Of a stretch of 64,000 nucleotides of DNA, positions 39,001 to 52,059 are shown in pieces (position 1 is the first letter of the stretch; each line of letters begins with the position of its first letter). Under the pieces are notes generated by a model that saw only the letters and a program-made list of their open reading frames with translations, was not told the origin of the DNA and searched no databases. The DNA lies in the NCBI GenBank assembly GCA_002633005.1, contig NMRA01000430.1, positions 275,521-339,520 on the forward strand, given 5' to 3'. Source of the stretch: Phoronis australis. Lineage: Eukaryota > Animalia > Phoronida. The position numbers were made by a program, and so were the translations under genes.

Positions 39001-42000
39001 GTTGTTAGATTTTATCGACAGAATCGCCTTACTACGATTTATATTTATCTCGTCTACAGCGCCGGCAATAAAACTTTTACCATCAGTTTTATTATTATCT
39101 AAATTATTTACTGTGTGTAAAATGACAATTGTCGTAAATTTAAGACTATTAATGACTTTACAGATGATTTATGCACATAAGAGTACACTTCGCATATGAC
39201 GCATCGTATTGATTAGAAAACGTATCTGTGTCATTCTGTCAGTCGGTCAGTTGGTCGGTCAGAAGTCGGTCAACCTGTCGCACGGTTGGTCTTCCAGGCG
39301 GCCAGTAAGTAACCAGTTTAACTAAAAAAGTAATACACTTGTTCTAGTGAAATTTTCATGAGAAATTGGCAATATGCGACGACCTAGTTCGTTTGATTTT
39401 GAAAGAGAAATATTTAAATGTAGGGAAAAAGAAAACGCTTTTTTTCGTTTAAAACAGAGCTAATTTGACTGTATAATAGGCACACAGTATAACGTTCGGG
39501 CACACATGAAGTGCTTCAAATTTATGTTAGCTTTTTGGTATACATGTTTAGTCTTTGCAGTTAGTTGAGGATAAGTGCATTTGGGTATAACCGCATTATC
39601 GAGGGAACAGCAATACAGATGACTGAAATAAAAAGTCAGAAAGTTATTAAAGAGCACGCTTTTTGCCGCGTGGACAAATTACGCTGTCAGTCAGCGTCAT
39701 TTTCAGTTCTCTATCCGGGTTATTTTGTGGTTTTCAATTAAAGCTACATTTCGCCCTGTTTAGGTGGTTATAAACGAAAATCAAATTAGGCCTCGTAAAA
39801 TAGATGTCGTAATATCCGGTACTGTGATAGGATTCCATTTCCGTAATCAAATAAAGACAGAGGCAAAAAACACACATGCACCATTCTTGAATTCGCACAT
39901 CCGGGTTGGCCAACCCTGATAAACCCTGAAGCCTTTTCTTGAATCACTGACGGTTTCGATGTTTTGCTGGTAACTTGAGCAGAATTCTATCACGGTAAGG
40001 AATGTTGAGACCGATTTTCTTTTGTAGTCAGCTAAACAGGGCGAAATGCACCTTTAAGCGACTTTTTTAATGATGCCAAATTTGCTATCATAGGCATGAC
40101 ATTGGTTGTGTTCGGAGCGAAAAAAAGCTATGATAATGGAAGCAGACGTAAGCAACAGCTGTTAGAGATGAGGCGTCAAAGAAATGTACAGATGACCTTG
40201 ACCTACCTAGCCACGGCCATTCGTCCACCTCCAAAGTGTCACACAGCGACGTCTCGTGGAAGCTGCTGTTGTAGGATGACAAGGTTTGTACAACATTTCC
40301 TCTGTCAACGAACTTTATGCAAAAATAAAGGACCGGGCTGGAATACAAAATCCGTCAAATAAAGTTGCCGTCACAGCAAAACCAAGACATTTAAAGTGGC
40401 AATAGACCTGCGTGCCGTCGAACTTGGGAAACTGACATCGGATAAAGACCGTAGATCGTTACAAAATTGTCTACTTGTTGCTTACTCAGATGACTAGTGG
40501 GTTGTTTACTTTCGAAGACAGTTCGTTTTTATTTGGAGACCATGCTTGGCGAATATGACACGCCGTGAACTGTAAATTGTGTTGTAGGACCTAATCTCAA
40601 GTAACAAGTGAGTCGAGCTGGAGCCTATTTTAACTAAGTAAAAAGAATGTGAGACGAATTTCATAACAGTAGGGGTCTAAATCAAAATTTGGCTTTGGTC
40701 ACGCAAGGCAGGTCTGTTGGCGTTAATTTAAAGGGATACCAAACTCGGTTTTGGCCTACTAACAGATGTTGAAATCGACTTTCCGATTCAGTTCCCTGAA
40801 ACAAAGTAATGCTTTGTAACCCTCTACAAACCTCAAAATTTTGGAGCAAAATTGGAAAACTCTTTACGAGCGACAATAATTGAAGGGAAAGACCACCCAC
40901 CAAGAATCATAATATCCAATTTGTGACTCAGAGAGTGTGAATTTTTACTTGAATTCTGCTTTTAATACTCAATTGGCACGCCAGTGATGCACTAGCAGGT
41001 GACAGAACGAGGACTGATTGAAATCCGCCAAAACAAGGTTTAGTACCCTTTTAAACGACGATGTTTTTGCACAGTCAGTAGTTGCCTAAGCTTTTGATCA
41101 GGCTTCAATTTAACTTTGCGTCTACGTTCAAGTTCCCAACAGGCTGCTTCCACCCGGTACCCGGCAGCCAATCACAGGGTTATATTCAGACTAACATTTG
41201 ACACAAAGTCAGTCAAAGATAGTAAACGTTTCACTTGAACAGAACATAAGCCGATGTATGATGGATAAATATTTCCCCCGAGGTGCTATTATGAACAGGC
41301 GCACGATATCGGGCAATTTCAACCCATGATTAACGATTAGCAATTATTCTGTTGTTATTACGCAGTTCAGATAGCATTTATAGGTGTCTTATTGCCAATG
41401 AGTGGAATTCAGTAACCAGCACAAAGCAATGGTCAACAAACTGTACGGTTGTGTAGGATTTCAGATGACACCTGGGACTATTTTACGATGATTTGATTCA
41501 AATGTACTTTCTTTTGTCAACATTTGCTTAAAGTACATTTGTACTCCAAAACCAGATTTATTTCGTCACATAATATCTCGATTAGTGTGCCACAGTATGA
41601 GGTAAATCTAGAATTTTCCTTAATGCGGTTTTAAATTTATCATCCGTTAGAGAAACAACTTTTTATTTAGATCACTTAACCTTGTCAAACGAATTAAGAC
41701 CACAGATTTATAACGGTAAGTGTCTTAAATAAAAGGTCAGTTTTAATTACGGATTTACAGCTGCTTTAAATTAAAATTAACTGTGTTGTAACTTCTTGCG
41801 TTGTAGCCAAAAAGTTCATATTCGAGGTACTCAAAACGTTTACTTGAGCCAACGTCAAAAAACAAGTAAACCGAGAAACGTAATTAAACCCGTTAAAACA
41901 TATAAGTGACATTGTGCGGCAATGAAAGCATTTCGTTTTCAAAAGGATTTAAATTATTAATTGATTAATTAGAGGTGCCTTTTCATAATGTCAGACAAAA

Positions 42001-45000
42001 TGTGAATGAAATGGTCTTCGTTCAAAGCTGATGAAAAATCAAGAAAAAGTCGAAAATGACTTAGACACGTATAGATCCTTCAACGAGTTTAAAGCGGCAT
42101 TTAACTTAACCCGTGGTTTCTGACAAAAAGGTTTTGATTTCGGCCACTTACCGTTACGAAATTTGTTCCGTAGCCAAAATACGTGTGTTTTGGACTTGCA
42201 AAGAACAGGTGATTGGTCATTTCTTCAGACTAAACCCAAAACGTTCCAGGTCACGCAGTGACCTAAAATTTTATGAGCTTGGTCTGAGGAAATAACGAAC
42301 AGTCAACTCCTCCCAAGCCCAGAGATCACTTCTAAAATGAGAAAGCAAAAAATAAAAACAGTTTTATAACGGTAGCTGGTCTAAATTTAAACCTGTTTGT
42401 AAGAAAGCATGAGTTTAATGCCGATTTAATTCGACCAAAGCCTCCAGCGTACAGTTTTCGACAGAAAGAATTTGCTGGAGATACAATTCCGTGATTGATT
42501 TGTTTTCAGTTTTTGGTGGAAACCGCAATTGAGATCGAACTTGAGACTTATGCATTCAACGTATTGGCATTTCGGGTAAAACCAAATATCCTACGGCGCT
42601 CATTCCGTTTCGGACGCCCGGCTAATAACTCACTTGTTTTCCTGGAAATGTTGGACCAAAAAGGTATCCCTTGCTTGCCTTCGAACACATTTCCTTTCGT
42701 AAAGCTTCATATCATCATCGTCAGTGAGTTTGCGCACTTCATATCTATCACCCGTTACGTGTATGTTGATTTCCTCAATGTATCTGTACATGTTTTCGCT
42801 GTCGTACTTTCTCATTGTGATCCACGGTAGCACGATATTTCGTGATCGTTCACTTTGAACAAAGTCTGGGAACTCACATTCACTCTGCACCACGCCTACA
42901 GGAAGCAATCAATTCATAAATAAATAAATTAATTAATTTATACTTATACATATACTTATACACATATCATGGGCGCACCCAGTGGGGACTCGGGGAACGA
43001 GCCTTCCCAATTTGGCGAATTGGGCAAAAAAGGTCCGCCTCAGCGAAATAAAAAGTCCGAGCAAACGAGACAAAAGTCCACAAAGTCCACAGGAATTATG
43101 CGTGGATGCACAATTCGTAGGCCTGAATCTACTGGCCCGTTTTTTAGTCCCCGTTGATTTTTGCCGGTAAAAGGTCCGCATACCGAAAAATTTGAGTCCC
43201 CCTATATTTTAGGCTGGGTGCGCGCATGCATATAAACCGGAGACACTCAAAAGGCAAAAACCGTACAATTCAATAGAATACAATGTAATGCAATACAAGT
43301 AAACCATAGAAAATATAAGACCCGTAATTATTAGTTACTATCCATACATTTGACATGCGATTGGAAGATTGAAATACGGAATAAATGCACAAAACGTACC
43401 GAGAGTGGCGTACATGAAGTATCCCAGGAGACATTATTCCGCAGAATAATGTGCAGTGTGGTGTTACTACATGTACGCCAATGGAGGTACGTTTTGTACT
43501 GATCCCATACGCTTCGAATTCACAAGTTTCTTTCATTTTTCCGCAGATTTTTAACTACTTCACTCAGACTGTTCACGTGAAGAATCACATCCTACATGTA
43601 TGTACTTGCGCGTTAGGCTGCAAGTTTTGTCTAGTAAAAGAAACAGTTTTAAATGTGACGATTTATTACTTGAAAAGAGATAATGAAGAGGAAAACAAGG
43701 GTACGTTTTCATTGAACGTGCAACATCTCCTGAAAATAGTTGAATAACAACAATATTTGATATTGTACTTACTTACCGAGGAATGGACACCTGAGTTGCA
43801 GACAATATAATAGTTAGCAAAAGAAAACTAAGACAGAACTGTCGTATAATCAACAGTCCTGTCCTAGATGTTACGATTAGGTACCTTGAAGGTACAAGTA
43901 TCAAGGTGCCTAAACTACACGGTCAACGGACTCATAAACATGGGCACGGACGCATGAGCACGACTCACGGACCTGCAAACACCGTCCACTGACTCACAAA
44001 CACAGGAAGAGACTCACAAAACACTATTCACGCACCCAAATACACGTGACACGGACTCATATTCACGAGGAAACACGGTTAACGGACCGCCAAACACGGG
44101 TCACGGACTCATCGGCTTCCTGGGTCAGCTGACATCTCCATTTTGTCCGTAAACCGTGTTTGGCGGTCCGTTAACGGTGTTTCCTCGGGAATATGAGTCC
44201 GTGTCTCGTGTATTTGGGTGCGTGGATCGGGTTTTGTGAGTCCGTTCCCGTGTTTGTGAGTCAGTGGACGGTGTTTGCAGGTCCGTGAGTCGTGTTCATG
44301 CGTCCGTGGGCCGTGTTAATCCGTTAACCGTGTACGTGTAGTTTAGGTACCTTGAGTATGCGTGATTTTTCACCGCTTGTCCTTCTGAGGGTCTTTTACC
44401 AGGTTCAAACAGAGCGCGGCGCCAGAGTCGGACTCAGTTGCGATGACCGCATTGTCCGGTGCGAGCAAGACCCAATTAAACGTAATTACCGACCATAAAC
44501 TGTAGAAAACGTCCCTGCCTGTACATACTGGGGAATTTTTGAAATGCATTAACCAACAGTTTTCGTTAAAAACAAATCTCACAGCGGTATTCAGATGAAA
44601 AAATCAGCCAAGTTTCGTTTTCGATTTTTAAAAATCTATGAACTATTAAGCTAAAAACTACGAACATTGGGTACCATTGAAGATAAACGACTGTTGGGTA
44701 TTGATATACACGGTGGATTTACAAACGCTGATCAGAGTTAACAATATCCCGTGGATTATTCTTTTCATATACAACTAAGTTACTTTGAAACATCTATAAA
44801 CAACACACGGTGACTGAATTAGATATCAATAACTTTTAAAACATCGGTTATGGTCCAGTGCATGCTGAACTAATTTACTCGAGGAGTAGTACACTAACCG
44901 GAAAACTAATATTCGCGGAAATGCGCCAATTTCGATAGTTAGCTTGTAGTTGTAATGGAACACGTGTGAAAACAAAAAGATGGTTAGCTTTGTAGTCAAC

Positions 45001-48000
45001 GAGAGAGTAAAAGCAGTGGATGGGGTTGGTCATTGGGCAAGAGCTGTGATTTCATTTTTTATGACTGAGAAAAAACTAGAATAGTTACGTAGTTACTGCA
45101 ACCAATATTGTCCAGAGGTTCCAAATCCTCAGTTTGGCTATCGCCATATTTCCATTTCTGTATATATTTTGTGATTTGAGTTCTAATAAAGATTGAACTT
45201 GAGCTATAACACGTGTAGTTTTGTTTGCTGTTACATGTTCGGTGTAGCTGTAATCTGGAAAATTAAGGGATGGGTTCACAATTAACTGACTTCTAAGTTG
45301 TTTTGGTACTTCGTTTAAAAACAAAACAAAAAGATAGCAACCCTAACCGGTAAGAAAAAAACAAGTAGACAGGAGTATTAAAATAAGGTAACGAAAATGG
45401 TATGAAACATATTTAAAACCAACATTCCTTTGGGAAGTGGTCCTTTGTCAAGATCAACGCAAATTAACTTTTTAGTTTTTTTGTAATATTTAAAATGTAC
45501 CAAGTTAAAACTACACTCCACATTGCAGGCTTTAACTCTGTGCAAATACCAGAGAAAAACAATTTGGGTGTAATAACAAACAACCACCATTGTCAAGAAA
45601 CTAGTGCTACATCTACTATACCTTCCACTTCTTTACCTCAGATCAACATCAATACAAATGGAATAGACATCATAAAAGTTGTCTAAGGCTCAATGAATCA
45701 GAGGGGTGAGCAGCGTAAGCGAGAAATTTTCCACATGACTGTTTTCGAAACGACGACAGACTTTCTCTGTTATCGAACTCAAAAGGCGGAGAATTACGCT
45801 AGAAAATGGCGTTCATTAGATCGTTTTTCACTGGCTCAAACGGCTGGCAACGAACAAGGTGAGAAGCGGAATTGTCTCCCAGATTTTGAAGTACTCATAC
45901 CCGGCCTGTATGGAATTTCGTGGTCTAACAGATCTCAATTCACAGTGTTGATGCTGTATTTTGGCGACAGTCACTTCAGACAGCTAGCTGGCTGGCTACA
46001 GTTAAGATCTGCTGTGCGCACTTCGACGTTTCGTCAAAGATTTAATAGTTCTTTGGTTTCGTGTTACTGTTCCGGCCCAAATCAGAATATTCTGATTTGG
46101 GTCGTTCCCGTAGGCCTAACGGAATTCAGACACTGGCGGCCCATATCGGAATATATTTTTTGATTGAATTCAAAACGTTCAGTTGATTACAAATCCTTAT
46201 AATTCGATATGTTTTCATGCAATCCAGACTTTGTTTCATGGCGTTTTATTACAGATACTCAAAACGTTGTGTTGCTATAAAATTTTCAATCTTTTGAGGT
46301 TGATCGAGTCAAAATGGCGGCGACTACTGGTTGCAGGGCGAATTATTTTGAAAATTAAGTTTCTAATATAAAATTTTCAATGAATTTGAATATAATTGCT
46401 TTGTACGAAAAGATTAAGCTAATATGTGTTGTAACGTTTCCACGTATTTGGCACCAAATCAAACGACCTATTGTCGTCGATTCCAATACGAGACACACCC
46501 GGCCGACAGCGACCCGCATCGGAATCGCGCAGCTTTCACACCTTCGGCTTTAAAGGCGAAGGCAACCCTTTTTCATGTCATTTTGAGCTAAAATAATATG
46601 GGTTGGTTATCCTAGACATATTTTCCACTTAATTACAGCTTTTCGTAATTTTATTAATTACTCGTCCGCTACTCCGGAAGTGACGTGTTAGGAGGCAAGC
46701 GTTTCCCGCCACTTGGTTTTGCGTTGACTTTACCGTGCGAATCTGTTCTATTCTACTTTTGTTTTGTGCTGTTTTTCAACAATTGTCGCCACCACTTTCC
46801 ATCGGCGAGTATTCTGCGGCAAGATAGGTTAGTAGAGAACTCAACTATGTTGGATTTAGGGATTGTTTAGTGTTTTGTAAGCTGAAAATGGCTGTAGTCG
46901 GTGACCCGTATCACAGTGACAGTAGTGTGAGTGACGGAGACCTTGTTCACAGCAAGTTCCTGAACTGATGAGCCGGAAATGTGAGTACGGAAATAACCGA
47001 TGACAGCCGGTAATTATACGCTCGCAGAGAAGGGACAAATACTGTTAAAAAATCGCTTTTGGCAAGAAAGGCGAAAAGAATATAAAGAAAGGGTGTCGAA
47101 AATAAGATTTTATGTAGTAAGTATTTTCGGATACTGGAACCACATGGGCAGTTTGAGAGNTTACTATTCATACATTTGACATGCGATTGGAAGATTGAAA
47201 TACGGAATAAATACACAAAACGTACCGAGAGTGGCGTACATGAAGTAATATCCCACGAGACATTATTCCGCAGAATAATGTGCAGTGTGGTGTTACTACA
47301 TGTACGCCAATGGAGGTACGTTTTGTGTTGATCCCATACGCTTCGAATTCACAAGTTTCTTTCATTTTTCCGCAGATTTTTAAATACTTCACTCAGACTG
47401 TTCACGTGAAGAATCACATCCTATATGTATGTACCTGCGCGTTAGGCTGCAAGTTTTCTCTAGTAAAAGAAACAGTTTTAAATGTGACGATTTATTACTT
47501 GAAAAGAGATAATAATAATAAAGAGGAAAACAAGGGTACGTTTTCATTGAACGTGTAACCGTTGACATCTCCTGAAAATAGTTGAATAACAACAATATTT
47601 GATATTGTACTTACCGAGGAATGGACACCTGAGTTGCAGACGATATAATAGTTAGCAAATGAAAACTGAGACAGAACTGTCGTATTATACCAACAGTCCT
47701 GTTCTAGATGTTACGATTAGGTACCTTGAAAGTACAAGTATCAAGGTGCCTAAACTACACGGTCAACGGACTCATAAACATGGGCACGAACGCATGAGCA
47801 CGACTCACGGACCTGCAAACACCGTCCACTGACTCACAAACACAGTAAGAGACTCACAAAACACGATTCACGCACCCAAATACACGGGACACGGACTCAT
47901 ATTCACGAGGAAACACGGTTAACGGACCGCCAAACAGACGGGTCACGGCCGGGACTCATCGGCTTTCTGGGTCAACTGACATCTCCATTTTGTCCGTAAA

Positions 48001-51000
48001 CCGTGTTTGGCGGTCCGTTAACGGTGTTTCCTCGGGAATATGAGTCCGTGTTCCGTGTATTTGGGTGCGTGGATCGTGTTTTGTGAGTCCGTTCCCGTGT
48101 TTGTGAGTCAGTAGACGGTGTTTGCAGGTCCGTGAGTCGTGTTCATGCGTCCGTGGGCCTTGTTAATCCGTTAACCGTGTAGTTTAGGTACCTTGAGTAT
48201 GCGTGATTTTTCACTGCTTGTCCTTCTGAGGGGCTTTTACCAGGTTCAAACAGAGCGCGGCGCCAGAGTCGGACTCAGTTGCGATGACCGCATTGTCCGG
48301 TGCGAGCAAGACCCAATTAAATGTAATTACCCGACCATAAACTGTAGAAAACATCCCTGCCTGTACATACTGGCGAATTTTCGAAATGCATTAACCAACA
48401 GTTTTTGTTAAAAACAAATCTCACAGCGGTATTCAGATGAAAAAAACAACCAAGTTTCGTTTTCGATTTTTAAAAATCTATGAACTATTAAGCTAAAAAC
48501 TACGAACATTGGGTACCATTGAAGATAAATGACTGTTAGGTATTGATATACACGGTGGATTTACAAACGCTGATCAGAGTTAACAATATCACGTGGATTA
48601 TTCTTTTGATATACAACTAAGTTACATTGAAACATCTATAAACAACACACAGTGACTGAATTAGATATCAATAACTTTTAAAACATCGGTTATGGTCCAG
48701 TGCATGCTGAACTAATTTACTCTAGGAGTAGTACACTAACCGGAAAACTAATATTCGCGGAAATGCGCCAATTTCGATAGTTAGCTTGTAGTTGTAATGG
48801 AACACGTGTGAAAACAAAAAGATGGTTAGCTTTGTAGTCAACGAGAGAGTAAAAGCAGTGGAAGAGTTTGGTCTTTGGGTAAGAGCTGTGATTTCATTTT
48901 TATGACTGAGTAAAAGCTAGAATAGTTACGTAGTTACTGCAACCAAAATTGTCCAGAGGTTCCAAATCCTCAGTTTGGCTATCGCCATATTTCCATTTCT
49001 GTATATATTTTATGATTTGTGTTCTAATAAAAATTGAACTTGAGCTATAACACGCGTAGCTTTGTTTGCTGTGACATGTTTGGTGTAGCTGTAATCTGGA
49101 AAATTCAGGGATAGATTCACAATTAACTGACTTCTAAGTTGTTTTGGTACTTTGTTTAAAAACAAAACAAAAAGATAGCAACCCTAACCGGTAAGAAAAA
49201 AAAACAAGTAGACAGGAGTATTAAAATAAAGTAACGAAAATAGTACGAAACATATTTAAAACCAACATTCCTTTGGGAAATGGTCCTTTGTCAAGATCAA
49301 CGCAAATTAACTTTTTAGTTTTTTTGTAATATTTAAAATGTACCAAGTTAAAACTACACTCCACATTGCAGGCTTTAACTCTGTGCAAATACCAGAGAAA
49401 ACCAATTTGGGTGTAATAACAACCACCATTGTCAAGAAACTAGTGCTACATCTACTATACCTTCCACTTCTTTACATCAGATCAACATCAATACAAAGGG
49501 CGTGTTGAATAGACATCATAAAAGTTGTCTAAGGCTCAATGAATCAGAGGGGTGAGCAGTGTAAGCGAGAAATTCTCTACATGACTGTTTTCAAAACGAC
49601 GACAGACTTTCTCTGTTATCGAACTCAAAAGGCGGAGAATTACGCTAGAAAATGGCGTTCATTAGATCGTTTTTCACTGGCTCAAACGGCTGGCAACGGA
49701 CAAGGTGAGTGGCGGAATTGTCTCCCAGATTTTGAAGTACTCATACCCGGCCTGTATGAAATTTCGTGGTCTAACAGATCTCAATTCACAGTGTTGATGC
49801 TGTATTTTGGCGACAGTCTTCAGACAGCTAGCTGGCTGACTACAATTAAGATCTGTTGTGCGCACTTCGACGTTTCGTCAAAGATTTAATAGTTCTTTGG
49901 TTTCGTGTTACTATTCCGGCCCAAATCAGATTATTCTGATTTGTATCGTTCCTGTAGGCCTAACGGAATTCAGACACTGGCGGCCCATATCGGAATATAT
50001 TTTTTGATTGAATTCAAAACGTTCAATTGATTACAAATCCTTATAATTCGATATGTTTTCATGCAATCCAGACTTTGTTTCATGGCGTTTTATAACTCAA
50101 AACGTTGTGTTGCTACAAAATTTTCAATCTTTTGAAGTTGATCGAGTCAAAATGGCGTCGACTACTGGTCGCAGGATTTCAAGACGAATTATTTTAAAAA
50201 TTAAGTTTCTAATATAAAATTTTCAATAAATTTGAATATAATTGCTTTGTACTAAAAGATTAAGCTAATATGTGTTGTAACGTTTCCACCTATTTTGCAC
50301 CAAATTAAACGACCTATTGTCGCCGATTCCAATACGGGACACACCCTCGACAGCGGCCCGCATCGGAATCGCGCAGCTTTCACACCTTCGGCTTTAAGAA
50401 CACATGAAGTTCCTAACATCAAAGTTTTTAAGCAAATTACACTTTTATAATAAACATTGTGAAATTGCCTGATAACAATTCGGATGAAGCGTTTTGTTTT
50501 TCCGGCTGTTTCGGCGACCCCAGTCACCCTCCCGGGGATTCTCACACGGGCCCTAATTAGAATGTGTGCAAAATAATTGAATAAAAAATTCTAAAGGTAA
50601 TGATTTTGATCGATTTTAATATTAACTGACATGAAATGAACAATTGATGTGATTCCTTGATTATCCATTATTTTGCACTAAATTAAACTGCCAGTCACAA
50701 GGGGGCCAACATTTTGTCTGTAAACATTTGCTCCCAGCACGATTGTAGATGCGCATAGCACCGAATGGGGGGAGGTCGGGAGGGGGGTTTGCCCCAATAT
50801 CTCAAATACAACAAATTTATTACGAACTGATTCACAAAATATAAAACATGGAATAAGCATTACAAAAAAGAAGGAGGTTTCGCGCGTAAACGCTGTGAAC
50901 CATAACCAAGTAGGTGTCTTAGTATCAAACTAGGAGTTCAATCGTGGTGGTACAGTGCTAAAGCACGCGCGCTCTAATCGCCAGGCAGACTCGAACTCAC

Positions 51001-51994
51001 GACCTGGCGATTAGAGCGCGCGTGCTTTACCACTGCACCACCACGATTGAACTACTAGTTTGATACTAAGACACCTACTTGGTTATGGTTCACAGCGTTT
51101 GCGCGCGAAACCTCCTTCTTTTTGTAATGTTTTTTCATGTTTTATATTTTGTGAATCAGTTCGTAATAAATTTGCTGTATTTAGAATAGTCTTCAACTGC
51201 CCAAAAGACCAAATCCGTTTTTTGGGTTGGCAAAAATGACGCGATTGCTCTTAAGTTAAGGTGTGACAAAGAGAGAATTATGAGTTTCTGAGTGATTCAC
51301 AAAGGCTTTGATTAAAATTGACATCTTACCTGCAGCTGTTTTTTATCATCACTCAGATTCCATTTTCTTTAAAAAATGAAGCAATTTTCTTCATTGCACA
51401 GTGGANATTCCAATACGATGGAGACACGGTGAAAACCAATTCGTTATAACGATGATGTCATAGACTTCGACTGGTGCAAGCGCCATCTCAAGTTTTTTGG
51501 CGCTAAAAGGGGTTCGTGATGGGGCTACTGTATTGTCAAAGGCCAACAGGGGTATGCTATGACACCGTATGTTGATGTTTTTCATCAATACACGTATATT
51601 AGATATAAGAATAATCGTTTTGGCACCATATTAGGCCTTTAAGGCTAATTAGTTCGAATTTTAACTCAAAATGAGAACTTGAATTAGATATACATGCATA
51701 AAGCTTATTAAGCCATAATGTTCTCGAGCACAGAATAATAGATACTCAGTTAACTTTAGTTAGCACAAAAGTAGAACTAGAAATTGTCAAAAATACTTCC
51801 GAGTTCGATTTCGAGTACCACGGGCCTTCATATGTAAGGGAATTGTACCGCTACATTTCACAAAGACAGTAATTTTAAGACTCCATTTTACAAAACAATC
51901 ACGGCAATTCATTGTTCACGTTTTCACGTTCTTAGAATTATCAATAAGAATAGAAAACCTTGTTCAGTTCTATAGGATAAACACCACACACCTG

Positions 51995-52059
<65 letters not shown>

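Larger units (their letters stand above)
43335..50397. repeat. ~3.2-kb duplication (43335-46553 ~ 47161-50397) around a single N at 47160; probable uncollapsed alleles
   Basis: Collinear copies with scattered SNPs and indels; copy 2 begins immediately after the N. Confidence 0.9.

Noticed and set aside
43920-44340. Regularly spaced short repeats suggesting a CRISPR array
   Set aside because: Units are degenerate and mirrored in inverted arms, there are no unique spacers or cas genes, and the DNA is eukaryotic.
45693-46163. 156-aa ORF (partial copy at 49539)
   Set aside because: No recognisable motif, lies in intronic repeat-like DNA, and the frame is broken in the duplicate copy.
46963-46996. 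CTGATGAG...GAAA hammerhead candidate
   Set aside because: Stem II does not close properly before GAAA and no stems I/III are evident.
50940-51050. Functional tRNA gene
   Set aside because: A and B boxes are present, but I cannot form an acceptor stem or a proper anticodon arm; treated as tRNA-derived.
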